Shown here: in pieces, positions 9,140-19,810 of the stretch
How positions within the stretch are numbered: the stretch's first letter is position 1
How the letters are laid out: every line of letters begins with the position of its first letter
From: a virus
Lineage: Duplodnaviria; Heunggongvirae; Uroviricota; Caudoviricetes
IMG/VR virus record: IMGVR_UViG_3300025693_000001
Reading direction: 5' to 3' (one strand)
DNA length: 64,000 nucleotides
Notes under the pieces: model-generated
Told to the model about the DNA's origin: nothing
The model's database searches: none
What the model saw: the letters and a program-made list of their open reading frames with translations, nothing else
Position numbers and translations under genes: made by a program

Positions 9140-9715
9140 TTAGATTGTAACGCCTGGAGCTGTTTGTGTTGGTGAAGTTGTTGCACCCGCTGGAGCTTGT
9201 TGTTGCTGTCCACTTGGATTTTTGTTTTTCTGTTTAGCTAGTAATGTGCGCATTGTTTGATCGATTTCCCCTTTTGCTTTTTGTGCATATTTGGCGAATG
9301 TTGCAGGATCGGTCATTGCTTGTGCTGCTTGTTGTGTGTACGTTCTAGCTGATTCGTGTCTACCAATTTCGCGTAATCGTTTTAATGCTGCGTTCGACTC
9401 CTGAGGGTTTTGAGAAGATGCTTTGTACAATACTGTACCAAGGTCTCCTTTCTCATCGAAAGCTGCTGCTGTATCTGCATTACCAAGAGCTGTAACAGCT
9501 CCAAGAATTTCGGATACCGATTTAGCTTTTTCAGGATCCAGTTTACCACCACCAACAACGTTTCCAACTTTTGCTAACCAATTGGTAATTGCTTCGGTGA
9601 TGAACTCAGGGCTTTCGTTTATATCTTCTGATAGTAATACCACATTCATCGTGAATACATCAGCTTGTTGTTCGTGTAATTTGACAGATTTGTTAATATC
9701 TTGAATTAAGCTCAT
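9140..9715 (-). CDS. hypothetical late (possible virion) protein
   Basis: start reassigned to MSLIQDINK (GGAG RBS); CATAAATA box at 9761-9754. Confidence 0.75.
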   Translation of the reverse strand: MSLIQDINKSVKLHEQQADVFTMNVVLLSEDINESPEFITEAITNWLAKVGNVVGGGKLDPEKAKSVSEILGAVTALGNADTAAAFDEKGDLGTVLYKASSQNPQESNAALKRLREIGRHESARTYTQQAAQAMTDPATFAKYAQKAKGEIDQTMRTLLAKQKNKNPSGQQQQAPAGATTSPTQTAPGVTI

Positions 9716-9804
9716 AATAGATCTCCGTAAATAGCTTATATTTGTGTTTGTTGTATTTATGGGTGAGGATGCATCTGGTGACAAATCCCCACACATATAT
9801 CGGC

Positions 9805-10761
9805 TTATGCGTACAATTCGCTAATGGACTGTCTGCTCTGCATCCGACGGATGGTTTCGGCCAACAGAGGTGCAATTGATATAACACGAACTTTCGGAGC
9901 TGTTTTGAATTCCGCTGATAACGGAATTGTATCGGTTACCACAACTTCATCCAGATCAGATGACATGATATTATCGTACGCAGCACCAGAAAACACCGGA
10001 TGTGTTGCATACGCTACCACTTTTGTTGCACCAGCAGCTTTTAATGCAGCAGCACCTTTAGATAGTGACCCCGCGGTATCGATCATATCATCAATCATGA
10101 TGCAGGTCTTGCCTTCAACGTTCCCGATAATGTTCATGACTTGAGCCACATTCGCTTTGGGACGTCGTTTATCGATGATTGCCAGGTCAGCATCATCTAG
10201 TTGTTTGGCTATGTGTCTGGCTCGTACCACTCCACCAGTATCAGGGGATACCACAATGATATCATCCATTTTATACTTTCTCCATATGTCACCAACGATT
10301 TCCGGAGCAGCTGAGATGTTGGTAACTGGTATGTGGAAGAATCCTTGTTGTTGACCAGAATGTATATCCACCGTAACAACTCGATCAACACCAACCGTTT
10401 CTATCATATCAGCTACAACTCTAGCTGTTATTGGGGTTCGTGTGTAATCCGGTCGTCTATCTTGTCTGGCATATCCAAAGTATGGAATAACTGCAGTCAT
10501 GGTACTACAAGAAGATCTTCGTGCAGCATCCGCCATGATAATCAATTCCATCAGATTGTCATTTGCAGGCGCACAAGTTGGTTGGATGAAATACAACTCA
10601 TGACCACGAATAGTTTCGTGTATTTCAACACGAACTTCCCCATCACTAAATTGCTCTATTTCAGCCTGTCCTAAGTCCAAGTGAAGATAGTTGGTTACGT
10701 CTTTTGCTAATTTTGGGTTAGCTGTTCCTGTGAAAATCTTTGCTGTAAAGGGTCCGTTCAT
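9805..10761 (-). CDS. prs: ribose-phosphate pyrophosphokinase (PRPP synthetase)
   Basis: [33 protein letters not shown] and DDMIDTAGS motifs. Confidence 0.97.
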   Translation of the reverse strand: MNGPFTAKIFTGTANPKLAKDVTNYLHLDLGQAEIEQFSDGEVRVEIHETIRGHELYFIQPTCAPANDNLMELIIMADAARRSSCSTMTAVIPYFGYARQDRRPDYTRTPITARVVADMIETVGVDRVVTVDIHSGQQQGFFHIPVTNISAAPEIVGDIWRKYKMDDIIVVSPDTGGVVRARHIAKQLDDADLAIIDKRRPKANVAQVMNIIGNVEGKTCIMIDDMIDTAGSLSKGAAALKAAGATKVVAYATHPVFSGAAYDNIMSSDLDEVVVTDTIPLSAEFKTAPKVRVISIAPLLAETIRRMQSRQSISELYA

Positions 10762-10789
10762 AGTTATTCCGACTGTGTTGTTTGCTTAT

Positions 10790-11011
10790 TTATACCGAGG
10801 TATTTGAAGCTTTTCTGACCCACGCTTTATGAGAGGTGTAGTCATGGAAATGTAGTATACATGGAACATGGTATAAAGTCAGAGCCATAAGGGGGTGGGC
10901 GATTAAATCGTGAATAACAGCCCATACGATATGCTGCGTGAAGTTGACACAATATTTATTCGGATCTAATTTCATACAATTTGTGTGGTTACGATGGAGC
11001 CGAAGCTCCAC
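10790..11011 (-). CDS. hypothetical protein
   Basis: His-rich WAVIHDLIAHPLM..FHDYTS; start uncertain. Confidence 0.6.
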   Translation of the reverse strand: MELRLHRNHTNCMKLDPNKYCVNFTQHIVWAVIHDLIAHPLMALTLYHVPCILHFHDYTSHKAWVRKASNTSV

Positions 11012-11022
11012 CTATATTAATG

Positions 11023-12075
11023 TTATGCTTGTGCTAAGTCACCAAAGAATGCACGGTCAGGATCGGAAAACATATTCAATGATGGAGCTTGTTTACCATC
11101 AATAGATGTGTTTGGATTAGCTTTTCTGTCAAAAATTAAACCATTAGCTAATTTATCCAATGCTGCCACTGTTGATAATGCATTTTCATTTGTGTGTGAA
11201 CGTACTTCGGTGGCCATGTTATACACATCGTAAGTGGTAAGATGTGATGGTAACTGCTTAGCCACATTCATGTTGGTGAATGCATCATCTCTGTACACAT
11301 CACGAAGATGCATCTCAGGTGAAGCGATATTAACAATACTGTGTAACCGATCTGTATTGTTTTCGTTTTCGTTTTTTAAACGTTTTTGAGCATGCGTTGC
11401 CAATGCAATTGTCTCAGCAAGTGTTGCACGTTCCGTACCCATCTGACTCATGCGTTGTGTCACCATGTTAGATACTTTGTTCTGTATCTGTGCATTAGCG
11501 ATCTCCAAATGTTCTTCCCAACGATTCACTAAAGGGATTTTGGTATTTAAAAATGAACGCAAGCCCATCATACCATTGGCACAAACTAAGCGATACAACA
11601 TAAAAGCACTGTTGACAGTTTTCACAAAAGGGTTCCACGAGAAGTGCAATTCACTCGAGTAACGACCACCTTCGTCATATTCTGGAATAACGATACCGTG
11701 ATCTGACCACTTTGAGCTTAACGACACTGGCCCGAATGTGGTATGTGACATTGGACTGCGATGATCGACACGATCATCAGTCATACCAATGACTTTAATC
11801 AAGTTTTCAATCGATTGATCAGTATGAACAAAACCATTGTAATTCCCATCACGGAAATCTGTCAGTTGGTCATCAACCATGAAGAAGTTACCACCTGATA
11901 AACGGTGTGATAATTCAGCTTCGGTCATCAATCCCAATGCTTTTGAGATTCGTGATGTGTGATCAAATGTGTGTTCGTGTTGATCGTTGATGTTAATAGT
12001 TGCAATCGGATGCCCTTTACTATCGTAAGTTGCTGATGCTTTGATTGCTGCGTTTCTGATTAATTGGTGTTGCAT
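11023..12075 (-). CDS. DUF932-like protein
   Basis: YRLVCANGM motif and C-terminal YDVYN..TE; GGAG RBS. Confidence 0.6.
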   Translation of the reverse strand: MQHQLIRNAAIKASATYDSKGHPIATININDQHEHTFDHTSRISKALGLMTEAELSHRLSGGNFFMVDDQLTDFRDGNYNGFVHTDQSIENLIKVIGMTDDRVDHRSPMSHTTFGPVSLSSKWSDHGIVIPEYDEGGRYSSELHFSWNPFVKTVNSAFMLYRLVCANGMMGLRSFLNTKIPLVNRWEEHLEIANAQIQNKVSNMVTQRMSQMGTERATLAETIALATHAQKRLKNENENNTDRLHSIVNIASPEMHLRDVYRDDAFTNMNVAKQLPSHLTTYDVYNMATEVRSHTNENALSTVAALDKLANGLIFDRKANPNTSIDGKQAPSLNMFSDPDRAFFGDLAQA

Positions 12076-12185
12076 GATTTAGATCTCCTGAATATGTAAC
12101 GGTACATATAAAAAGTTAAAATTAAATTTGTGTGTTGATGTATCCAACTCGGTCTATTATACTCAAACAATAGACTAAGTCAACA

Positions 12186-12404
12186 TTATGGTGTTAAATG
12201 TATCAACTCAACCATCGCTAACGCTTGTACAGCTGCTCGGTTGGGTGCTGTTTTTGCGAATAACACAACATTATCCTGTGCAGCTTTTAGCTCATATCTG
12301 TTGGTTATCAGACGTATGACCGATGTCCGATGAAGCACACCTTCGTATTTCTCCGGGTGTGCATTAACCCAATCGATTTCCCACTGACATAAATCTGATA
12401 CCAC
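12186..12404 (-). CDS. hypothetical protein
   Basis: GTG start with AGGAG RBS. Confidence 0.6.
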   Translation of the reverse strand: MVSDLCQWEIDWVNAHPEKYEGVLHRTSVIRLITNRYELKAAQDNVVLFAKTAPNRAAVQALAMVELIHLTP

Positions 12405-12416
12405 GATATGCTCCTA

Positions 12417-13571
12417 TTATGTTGCGTCGAATAACGAACCAACAGCCGATACATCCGGTGTACGATCGTTTCGTCTGTTGCGAATGTTGTGAATGTCCAT
12501 AATATCTTGCATCGATTGATCACCCAATCTTTCGGTTACAGCATCAATAGACAGTAACGGAACATCATCGTATGCTTTTTCTTCTTTGAAAATGGATACG
12601 GTTGATAACGATTGGCTAAAGAACACACCCTGTGTTGTCAAGAACTTTAACAACGAACGAATAGTTCGGTACGAATCTAATGTTTGTGTTCGATGTCCCA
12701 GTCCAATCAACCACGACATTGCGTGTGTGAATGGCATACCAATATCAAACGTACGTTTGATGTGCTTGTCTTGATTTGGTAGATTGACGGTATTCAACCT
12801 GATCATTAAATCATCCAGTGCTAGTGGTTCGATAGCATCATATCCATACATTTGGCTCAATTCGTTGGCTGCTTTCAATGCAAACGATAAGTTGACCGAT
12901 AACGCGTCATTCACTTTATCAAATTGAAATGGGTTCGATGTTTCTTCGCTGTCGTCATCGTCGTCATCTTTCATTTGTTTAGCACCGATTGTTGTCAGTG
13001 TTTTCCAAATTGGTGGTGATGTTGCTTCTTGGCCATCTCCAGTAGTGAATCGCACGCAAACACGATTGGTATCAACCAATGGTCCCGATATATTCAACGA
13101 TGCAAAGCTTATAGCTTCCACAGGGATTGATTTGAATTGACCATCTGATGTTAAGTCATCTGGAGCTTCATCGATAAAACGATACATGAATACACCATCC
13201 GTTAGCCATTCATAGTTTGACATGAAACGATCCAACTGCGTTGTAATGGATTTTTCGATTTCCGATTGCCACACGGTCATCTTTCCATCAAACCCTTTAG
13301 CTGTTTCCGTACCAATACTACCAAGTGGGTGACGTTCCATTGCAACGATGTCACCATCGTATCTAGCAACAGCTGTAAGGACTGGCTTTAAATATGTGCT
13401 AATCTCGTGCTTCTTTATAAATTGTCTCGTTAGAGAGAACGGTACTTTGATTCTTGTTGTTACCGTGCTATCCACATCAGGGACAACAACCATTGCACCA
13501 CCAAGTGCTGTAGTAATCGATTTTAGATATACGTGGTCTATCGTTAATTTTGATGCTTCAAATGGAATCAT
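12417..13571 (-). CDS. hypothetical protein
   Basis: 384-aa ORF; promoter TTGACC-N17-TATAAT upstream. Confidence 0.8.
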   Translation of the reverse strand: MIPFEASKLTIDHVYLKSITTALGGAMVVVPDVDSTVTTRIKVPFSLTRQFIKKHEISTYLKPVLTAVARYDGDIVAMERHPLGSIGTETAKGFDGKMTVWQSEIEKSITTQLDRFMSNYEWLTDGVFMYRFIDEAPDDLTSDGQFKSIPVEAISFASLNISGPLVDTNRVCVRFTTGDGQEATSPPIWKTLTTIGAKQMKDDDDDDSEETSNPFQFDKVNDALSVNLSFALKAANELSQMYGYDAIEPLALDDLMIRLNTVNLPNQDKHIKRTFDIGMPFTHAMSWLIGLGHRTQTLDSYRTIRSLLKFLTTQGVFFSQSLSTVSIFKEEKAYDDVPLLSIDAVTERLGDQSMQDIMDIHNIRNRRNDRTPDVSAVGSLFDAT

Positions 13572-13626
13572 GACAATCTCTCTTTAATTGATAAAAACAA
13601 CATTATATCACCCTAAGAACCAAAGG

Positions 13627-13941
13627 TCAACGGTGTCGAGGTAGTGCTCCGGCTTCTGCCATTAGTGGCATTAGCTCGTTAATCAATTGGTTGATGCTTG
13701 GTGAATGTAAGAAAGATGGGGGAAAATCGTTATATGTTGCTGTTGCATCAGTAATCACCGATTCCACTGTCAAATCAACTCCAGCGGCCAACACATCAGC
13801 CCACATCTTGATGTGGTAATCTTTGTTGTGTTCTTCAATTACACCCTGATTCGTTAGTTGGGTGATGATGTGTATACCCAATCCAACTTTAACAAGCGCT
13901 TGTTGATATTTTGCGTTAAATGCTTTTTCATCTTTACTCAT
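13627..13941 (-). CDS. hypothetical protein
   Basis: ATGA coupling to the helicase. Confidence 0.65.
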   Translation of the reverse strand: MSKDEKAFNAKYQQALVKVGLGIHIITQLTNQGVIEEHNKDYHIKMWADVLAAGVDLTVESVITDATATYNDFPPSFLHSPSINQLINELMPLMAEAGALPRHR

Positions 13942-15047
13942 GCTGGTGTCCCTAAATTAGATACAGAATCTACCCACAACGCTAGTTTGGTTGTAGTGTA
14001 GTCAAAAACTTGTTCGATCCACTTTCCCCTTTTCTTGCTAATGAGTCTGTGCGTAGCTGGCGTACCAACAACAATCGTAGTATCTAGATTTCTGTTGGAT
14101 AGTGGGTTGATTAATTCCCAAACATTACACTCCGAATCTGGTCTAGCAGCTCTACCAATTACTTGATTCAGTTGAGGATAGCTACCGAACTGTCGACCTA
14201 AGTATACATCCGTGCAATTGGCAACATCAACACCCTCGTTGATTTTATTACAGTTTAGAATGAATTGAAACTCTCCACCACTAAACGAATCCAATGTGGC
14301 ATCCAATTCTCGTTCTGACATATCCAACACAGCAACCGCTTTATATCCCGCATCTGTTAAGTATTGTGTTATCGTACGAACTTCCTTTTTTGTTCGAAAG
14401 AACATCATAGTTTGACCGAATTCATGACCGAATTCATCGATGATCATTTTGGTCACTTCCGTTTTATCTTTAGTTGGTGTATCAACTATTGTGTTTAGAT
14501 TTGTTTCAGCTAACCACCCCTCAGCGACTGCTTGGTCACGTGATAATGGGCTAATAATAACTTCGAATTTAATCAAACAACCATCTGCTCGATCTGATGT
14601 GGCTGTCATACCCACGATAGGAGCATTGCCAAGTTGTTCAAGTTGATATTGAAACGATGAACACGCTTCATGGTGGCACTCATCCAATATAGCTATATCC
14701 CACCCAGAATCGATTGTTTCTTTGGGTAGATTCGAAAACATGCTATGTAATGTTAATTCGACGTTAGCATCATCAGCCATAGTGCGTTCCGCTTGTGTTA
14801 ATAAACGGTGTTTGTGTGCAGTAAACAATACCCGCAATGGGCGATCATCGAGGACACCCAATGCACTACGAATATCAGGATGGTTCAATGAAGCAGCAAT
14901 AGTTATGGTTTTTCCACTACCAGTTGGCATCTCAACCAATATACGCTGCACCCCCGCACTTAGAGATTCCGCTATTCCATTTCGTACAGCAATCTGAAAC
15001 CACCGTAATTCTTTTTCACCGTAATATTCTGTTGTATTTGTTGTCAT
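13938..15047 (-). CDS. superfamily 2 DExH helicase
   Basis: Walker A MPTGSGKT, ILDECHH, GMTAT, EGVDV, QVIGRAAR. Confidence 0.9.
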   Translation of the reverse strand: MTTNTTEYYGEKELRWFQIAVRNGIAESLSAGVQRILVEMPTGSGKTITIAASLNHPDIRSALGVLDDRPLRVLFTAHKHRLLTQAERTMADDANVELTLHSMFSNLPKETIDSGWDIAILDECHHEACSSFQYQLEQLGNAPIVGMTATSDRADGCLIKFEVIISPLSRDQAVAEGWLAETNLNTIVDTPTKDKTEVTKMIIDEFGHEFGQTMMFFRTKKEVRTITQYLTDAGYKAVAVLDMSERELDATLDSFSGGEFQFILNCNKINEGVDVANCTDVYLGRQFGSYPQLNQVIGRAARPDSECNVWELINPLSNRNLDTTIVVGTPATHRLISKKRGKWIEQVFDYTTTKLALWVDSVSNLGTPA

Positions 15048-15119
15048 AAATAGCCTCGTGATGCAAATGTTAAATGTGTAAAAACACTACAATACGACAA
15101 ATACCGATAGGGGTCAACG

Positions 15120-15692
15120 ATGACTACAAAGATAATACCAAAACACGAAGCAATTGAGCAGGGATTGAAACATTACCACACAGGAAAGTTGTGCAAACAC
15201 GGTCACGACAGTGTTCGTTTGGTGTCTACTGGTAAATGTTGTCAATGTGCTAAGATATACCACGACAAGTACATCAAACATTGGCAAGCAAAAAACAAGA
15301 AACGTGTCAATGAAGCAACATCCAAGTGGAGAAGAACGCATCCCAATCGCGCCAAACAAGTATACAAAAAATACTACGACGAGAACCGAGATCAAAAATT
15401 ATCATACAACCACAAATGGAGGGGAGACCATTGTGATTTGTTGGCATCGTATAACGCAAATCGTCGAGCTACAAAATTGAAAGCAACACCAAAGTGGATA
15501 GACATAAATGCCGTACAACAATTGTACATTGAATCCAACAACTTGTACCGCTCCACAGGTATTCCCCACCATGTAGATCATATCGTTCCATTAATCCACA
15601 CTTTGGTGTGTGGATTACATTGTGAACACAATCTACAAATAATAACTGCAGAGGAAAACCTGGCGAAAGGAAACACATTTGAGGTGAGTTGA
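15120..15692 (+). CDS. HNH homing endonuclease
   Basis: paralog of 1225..1725; HVDHIVPL..VCGLHCEHNLQII..N; CATAAATA at 15045-15052. Confidence 0.88.
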   Translation: MTTKIIPKHEAIEQGLKHYHTGKLCKHGHDSVRLVSTGKCCQCAKIYHDKYIKHWQAKNKKRVNEATSKWRRTHPNRAKQVYKKYYDENRDQKLSYNHKWRGDHCDLLASYNANRRATKLKATPKWIDINAVQQLYIESNNLYRSTGIPHHVDHIVPLIHTLVCGLHCEHNLQIITAEENLAKGNTFEVS

Positions 15693-15702
15693 TAGTCAAC
15701 GA

Positions 15703-16773
15703 CTATTTGATACTCCACAATTTTGCTTCCACTTCACTGTCGCTTTCGGCATCATCTTCCAGTTCCATGCGATATGCGTCATCAGGATCCGATACTTTTG
15801 TATTTTTGTGTGTCGCCCACACCCAACCAAAGCCACCTGTTGATTTGCGTTTACCATTACAGACTCTTTTAATAGCTGCTTTATTGATGCCAGTAGCTTC
15901 TGCAGCTGCGTCAACCGAATCGTGCGTCATTAATACCAGTTGAAGATTTGGGAAACGTTTATCCAGTTGTATCTGTCTAACCGCACCAGGGTTAACCACC
16001 ATAACTTTCGTATCTTCAATTCTAGCTGATTCCACTGGCATTGCTGTCGTTGCTTCTTTTTCCATTTCACTAACAACAACATACCGGCAACATCGACCCT
16101 TCGCATCATTATAATCAGATGGGATTGCAACAACATCACTTGGATTGATTTTAATCATGATGGTTCGGTTATCACGACAGTTGGCGTACGACGGTAAGTA
16201 ATCATGCGAACAGAAATGCAACCCCGTAGAACAGGTTTGATCCTTGTCTTCGTTTACACCATTACGCTCCATGCTTACCAACGCACCAGGAGAATTATCA
16301 AATGTTCCTGTTCGGATGTCTTTGAAGTCTGCCGAAACACGCTTATACGCTAAGAAATGGCCATCGTCCGTAATTGGTAATTTCGACTTTTCCAAAAAAC
16401 CATACAACTCATTAACCGCTCTAAATGATGGATTTGTGTGAAGATTTGCTAAAAAATGAGCCATTGGGGTAACATCAAACCCTTCGTCGATCATGGCCAG
16501 CATACGATCCACCAACGTACCATGCATAGCTTTATCGCCTAGGTAAACAATACCATGCTCAATGCGAACTTTGTCGGTGATGCTGGTGGCTGTGTTAATT
16601 TGTTCTTTAATTTCATTAACAGGAAAGGCAATGCTTCGTGCCAATTCCCACTGTTTAGCTTTTGCCGCATCAACGATTGCATCAAATGATGGTTGGCTTT
16701 TGTATACTGTGGTTGATTGACCACAATCAAAAACAATATGAATGTGGTCGGGGGATTTTATAAAGGATGTCAT
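15703..16773 (-). CDS. rIIB: rIIB-like protein with C-terminal NUMOD1-type HTH
   Basis: NPS..AV.ELY.FL...PITDDG.FLAYK.V..TCS.GLH.C..Y..INP.DVV.IP.DY..K.RCC.Y; directly downstream of rIIA. Confidence 0.85.
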   Translation of the reverse strand: MTSFIKSPDHIHIVFDCGQSTTVYKSQPSFDAIVDAAKAKQWELARSIAFPVNEIKEQINTATSITDKVRIEHGIVYLGDKAMHGTLVDRMLAMIDEGFDVTPMAHFLANLHTNPSFRAVNELYGFLEKSKLPITDDGHFLAYKRVSADFKDIRTGTFDNSPGALVSMERNGVNEDKDQTCSTGLHFCSHDYLPSYANCRDNRTIMIKINPSDVVAIPSDYNDAKGRCCRYVVVSEMEKEATTAMPVESARIEDTKVMVVNPGAVRQIQLDKRFPNLQLVLMTHDSVDAAAEATGINKAAIKRVCNGKRKSTGGFGWVWATHKNTKVSDPDDAYRMELEDDAESDSEVEAKLWSIK

Positions 16774-18959
16774 GATTTGTTCTTCTCGTCCATTAGGGTT
16801 ATATATTCTACAACTGCTTCGAATTCATCCACAGTTGTTGGTAAGGTTTCCAACACTCCAAACAATGGGTATTGTGTGTAATCATTATATCCGAAATACG
16901 GCTCAACGTCAACACGCCCAATCAACGATTGATACATATCAGCACAAAAATTGTAGTATGATGATCTGTCCGATATTTTGTCCCACGCAGCAACAGCGTC
17001 TGCTGTGGCGACCACGAATGGTGATGATGCCGGTAGTGTCTTGATAACCTCACGGATCGGTGCCTGTTGAATGCACTTCATAATTCCATACTGTCCCAGC
17101 GTCTCGTTCGTTCGTTGTATTGTGGTGATGTTGTCTGATATCTTCGGCATCCCCCGCGTCAATGCATCAAACCCATCAACCCACTGCGATTCATCTTTAA
17201 TCTTTTTCCATGTAGCCACAGAAACACCAACAACATCACTCATTTTATATGATGTTCCACGATCCGCATTCACGAAATTTGTTAAGTGTTGCAAATACGC
17301 GTGGGTACGTTCAGGCTCCCAATGTACGTTGCGCTCGTTGTTGTCGTAGCTTGCAACCATTTGTGATCCTTGTTTTAATACGAAGTATATACCACCACGG
17401 TTGACATTGACATCATACTTATCCCAAACAACCCGTTTGTTGTAACCAACCCATGTTGTACGTCTATACGAAAACGCTTTCAATGTGCGTACAGTCTTCG
17501 CTTTCGGTAACGGTGGACATAAGTCTTTCAAGCTACTCACCACAGGATCACCTAACTCCTTGATTATATCGAGGTATTCACACTCAGGATAATCCGCGTG
17601 ATTCGGAATTGCTGCTTTTTGCTCATCACTGAACACATGTGGGTGTTCTTTGATGACGATCACCCGTCGGACACCCCTCTCATTTTGGGCATATTCCACC
17701 AAACGTCCAACACCACCCGATTTTACATCTGATCGCAATATGATAATACCTGCAGATGGTTCAAATGCATCGGACGTTTTATCCCGAGAGTATTGACTAG
17801 AGGAGTACCCAGTGTTAACGGTGTAAGTATAAACTGAGTGACAATGTAGCACACTCGGTAAGTGCACATCTCCATTGTTTTCAAGATATCGTTCCAAAAT
17901 GGGGTGGTTTACATCCGAGGCTCGGATTACATTGCGCATCGCATATCGATCACCGAATAAATCACCAGACACTTTGGACAATTCCAAACATGCCTCCCAA
18001 TACGTATCATACGTCTTGCACTGGGCGACTACCTTTTTCGATAATTCACGCATCATCGTTTTTACAAATTTGCTCAATGCTTGTTTTGTTTTTGGGTCGT
18101 ATCGAATTTCCTCTCTGTTGGCTGCCACTTCCAGTTCACCAATATCAAAGTAACCAACAACAGACAACTGCCCGAATAGTGATCTGTCATCATCCGTCAA
18201 TTCCTCGGATAGTTGCCCGATGTTAACTCGATATTGTACATTTCCCTGCACTGCCGTGAATTTGGATGGGTAATAACTACCCGATGAATCAAATGCACAC
18301 CAACGTTCGCTTTCAATTTTGTTTGTGGGTAGTGGATCAAATGCGAAGTGCAGAGCACCAACGATATCTGGTTTTACCGTGAAGTGTTTAAGACACGATG
18401 CAGTTTTGTTGGTAAACAATCGAAAGTCCGATGGATCAACACCAATCTTAACTTCCAATCCGTTTTCTTCTGTTGTTGGTTGTGTGGCCATTTTGACAAC
18501 ATCAGGTATGCCGTGCTCGTTTATGAACATATGGTATGAACGGAAATAACCATTGTACCTTGATATAACCTCATACGACTTGGTATAACTAAAAGGACTC
18601 TTTGAGCCCAATCCTAAAGCGCCTATATAATCGTTTGAATTTGTTTTAGTTGAATCGAAATATGTCGTGTATAGATGCAACACATCTTCGTCGGATAATC
18701 CTGTACCAAAATCTCGAATGGATAAGAACGGTTCTAACGAGTTTGGGAGGTGTATTCGAAATGGGATATCTACCTTTCCAGCTTCAACGTGGGAGTCGTA
18801 AGCGTTGCAACTCAACTCTCTGATGATGGCAGTTATGGGATCGGTGTAGAGCCCCGAACTTAGAATTTCGAAACTCTTTGCAGTTGATTTAATAGTAAAC
18901 GAATTACTATCCTCAACACCAAAACGTTCGATATTGTGAGTATTCTGTGTTATTTTCAT
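16770..18959 (-). CDS. rIIA: rIIA-like protein (N-terminal GHKL ATPase)
   Basis: LSSGLY.D..AIIRELSCNAYDSH, IRDFGTGL, STK..SND.IG.LGLGSKSPFSY, REEIRY. Confidence 0.9.
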   Translation of the reverse strand: MKITQNTHNIERFGVEDSNSFTIKSTAKSFEILSSGLYTDPITAIIRELSCNAYDSHVEAGKVDIPFRIHLPNSLEPFLSIRDFGTGLSDEDVLHLYTTYFDSTKTNSNDYIGALGLGSKSPFSYTKSYEVISRYNGYFRSYHMFINEHGIPDVVKMATQPTTEENGLEVKIGVDPSDFRLFTNKTASCLKHFTVKPDIVGALHFAFDPLPTNKIESERWCAFDSSGSYYPSKFTAVQGNVQYRVNIGQLSEELTDDDRSLFGQLSVVGYFDIGELEVAANREEIRYDPKTKQALSKFVKTMMRELSKKVVAQCKTYDTYWEACLELSKVSGDLFGDRYAMRNVIRASDVNHPILERYLENNGDVHLPSVLHCHSVYTYTVNTGYSSSQYSRDKTSDAFEPSAGIIILRSDVKSGGVGRLVEYAQNERGVRRVIVIKEHPHVFSDEQKAAIPNHADYPECEYLDIIKELGDPVVSSLKDLCPPLPKAKTVRTLKAFSYRRTTWVGYNKRVVWDKYDVNVNRGGIYFVLKQGSQMVASYDNNERNVHWEPERTHAYLQHLTNFVNADRGTSYKMSDVVGVSVATWKKIKDESQWVDGFDALTRGMPKISDNITTIQRTNETLGQYGIMKCIQQAPIREVIKTLPASSPFVVATADAVAAWDKISDRSSYYNFCADMYQSLIGRVDVEPYFGYNDYTQYPLFGVLETLPTTVDEFEAVVEYITLMDEKNKS

Positions 18960-19000
18960 TTGTTAATGTGTCTCGTGGATTATATGACATAAATATCTTT

Positions 19001-19810
19001 ATGAATTATAACACAATATACAACAATCTGATATCAAAGGCAAGCCGTCGTCTTGCCGAATCGACGGCATACTACGAAAACCACCACATAATTCCTAGGT
19101 GCATGGGTGGTGGGGACGAGTCAACAAATTTAGTGATGCTGTTACCCGAAGAGCATTTCTTGGCTCATTTGTTGTTGGTGAAAATCCACCCATCAGAATT
19201 TAAGTTGTGGTATGCGGCCAACATGATGCAGAATCGAGTAAAATCAAATAAGGAATATGGGTGGTTTCGTCGAAAGTTCGCGAAGATTAATAGCCGGGAT
19301 AGAATGGGTGTGAAGCGTTCCGCCGAATCGATATCCAAACAAAGAGACACCATTGCAGCAAAAATGAAATCGGGGTATCACCATCCCAATCGGGGGCGCT
19401 CATTAACCGATGAACATAAACAAAAAATATCAGACTCTAATACAAACAAATCAATTCCGATCAAATATCGGTCATCATTGGAGGGGTATGTGTTGCGTTA
19501 CGGGGATGCTGGTATAGCTAAATACAACGAAGATTGCAAGAAAAAAGATAGTATGTCCATTACGGCGTTTATTAAGCGATACGGAGACCAGGAAGGACGA
19601 TTGCGATATGCAACCCGTCAAGCCCAGATGAAGGCACGCAAACGTGAATCGAATCCTTTTTTCGGAAAAACGCACTCATCAACATCCAAGGACAAGATGA
19701 GGGCATCTGCATTAGCCAGACCCAAAATCACGTGCCCACACTGTGCACGCGTTGGATCAGCTCCGTTAATGAAACGATGGCACTTTGATAAATGTAAAGA
19801 AAAAATCTAA
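19001..19810 (+). CDS. HNH homing endonuclease with NUMOD3-type motifs
   Basis: YENHHIIPRCMGG.D...NLV.L.PEEHFLAHLLL; NPFFGKTHS; C-terminal CPHC..RWH..C; start reassigned to 19001. Confidence 0.88.
   Translation: MNYNTIYNNLISKASRRLAESTAYYENHHIIPRCMGGGDESTNLVMLLPEEHFLAHLLLVKIHPSEFKLWYAANMMQNRVKSNKEYGWFRRKFAKINSRDRMGVKRSAESISKQRDTIAAKMKSGYHHPNRGRSLTDEHKQKISDSNTNKSIPIKYRSSLEGYVLRYGDAGIAKYNEDCKKKDSMSITAFIKRYGDQEGRLRYATRQAQMKARKRESNPFFGKTHSSTSKDKMRASALARPKITCPHCARVGSAPLMKRWHFDKCKEKI

Noticed and set aside
9805-10761. NAD+ reconstitution pathway (Prs-like plus nicotinamide transferase)
   Set aside because: No NadV/NAMPT-like neighbour is present, and the protein looks like a canonical full-length cellular Prs
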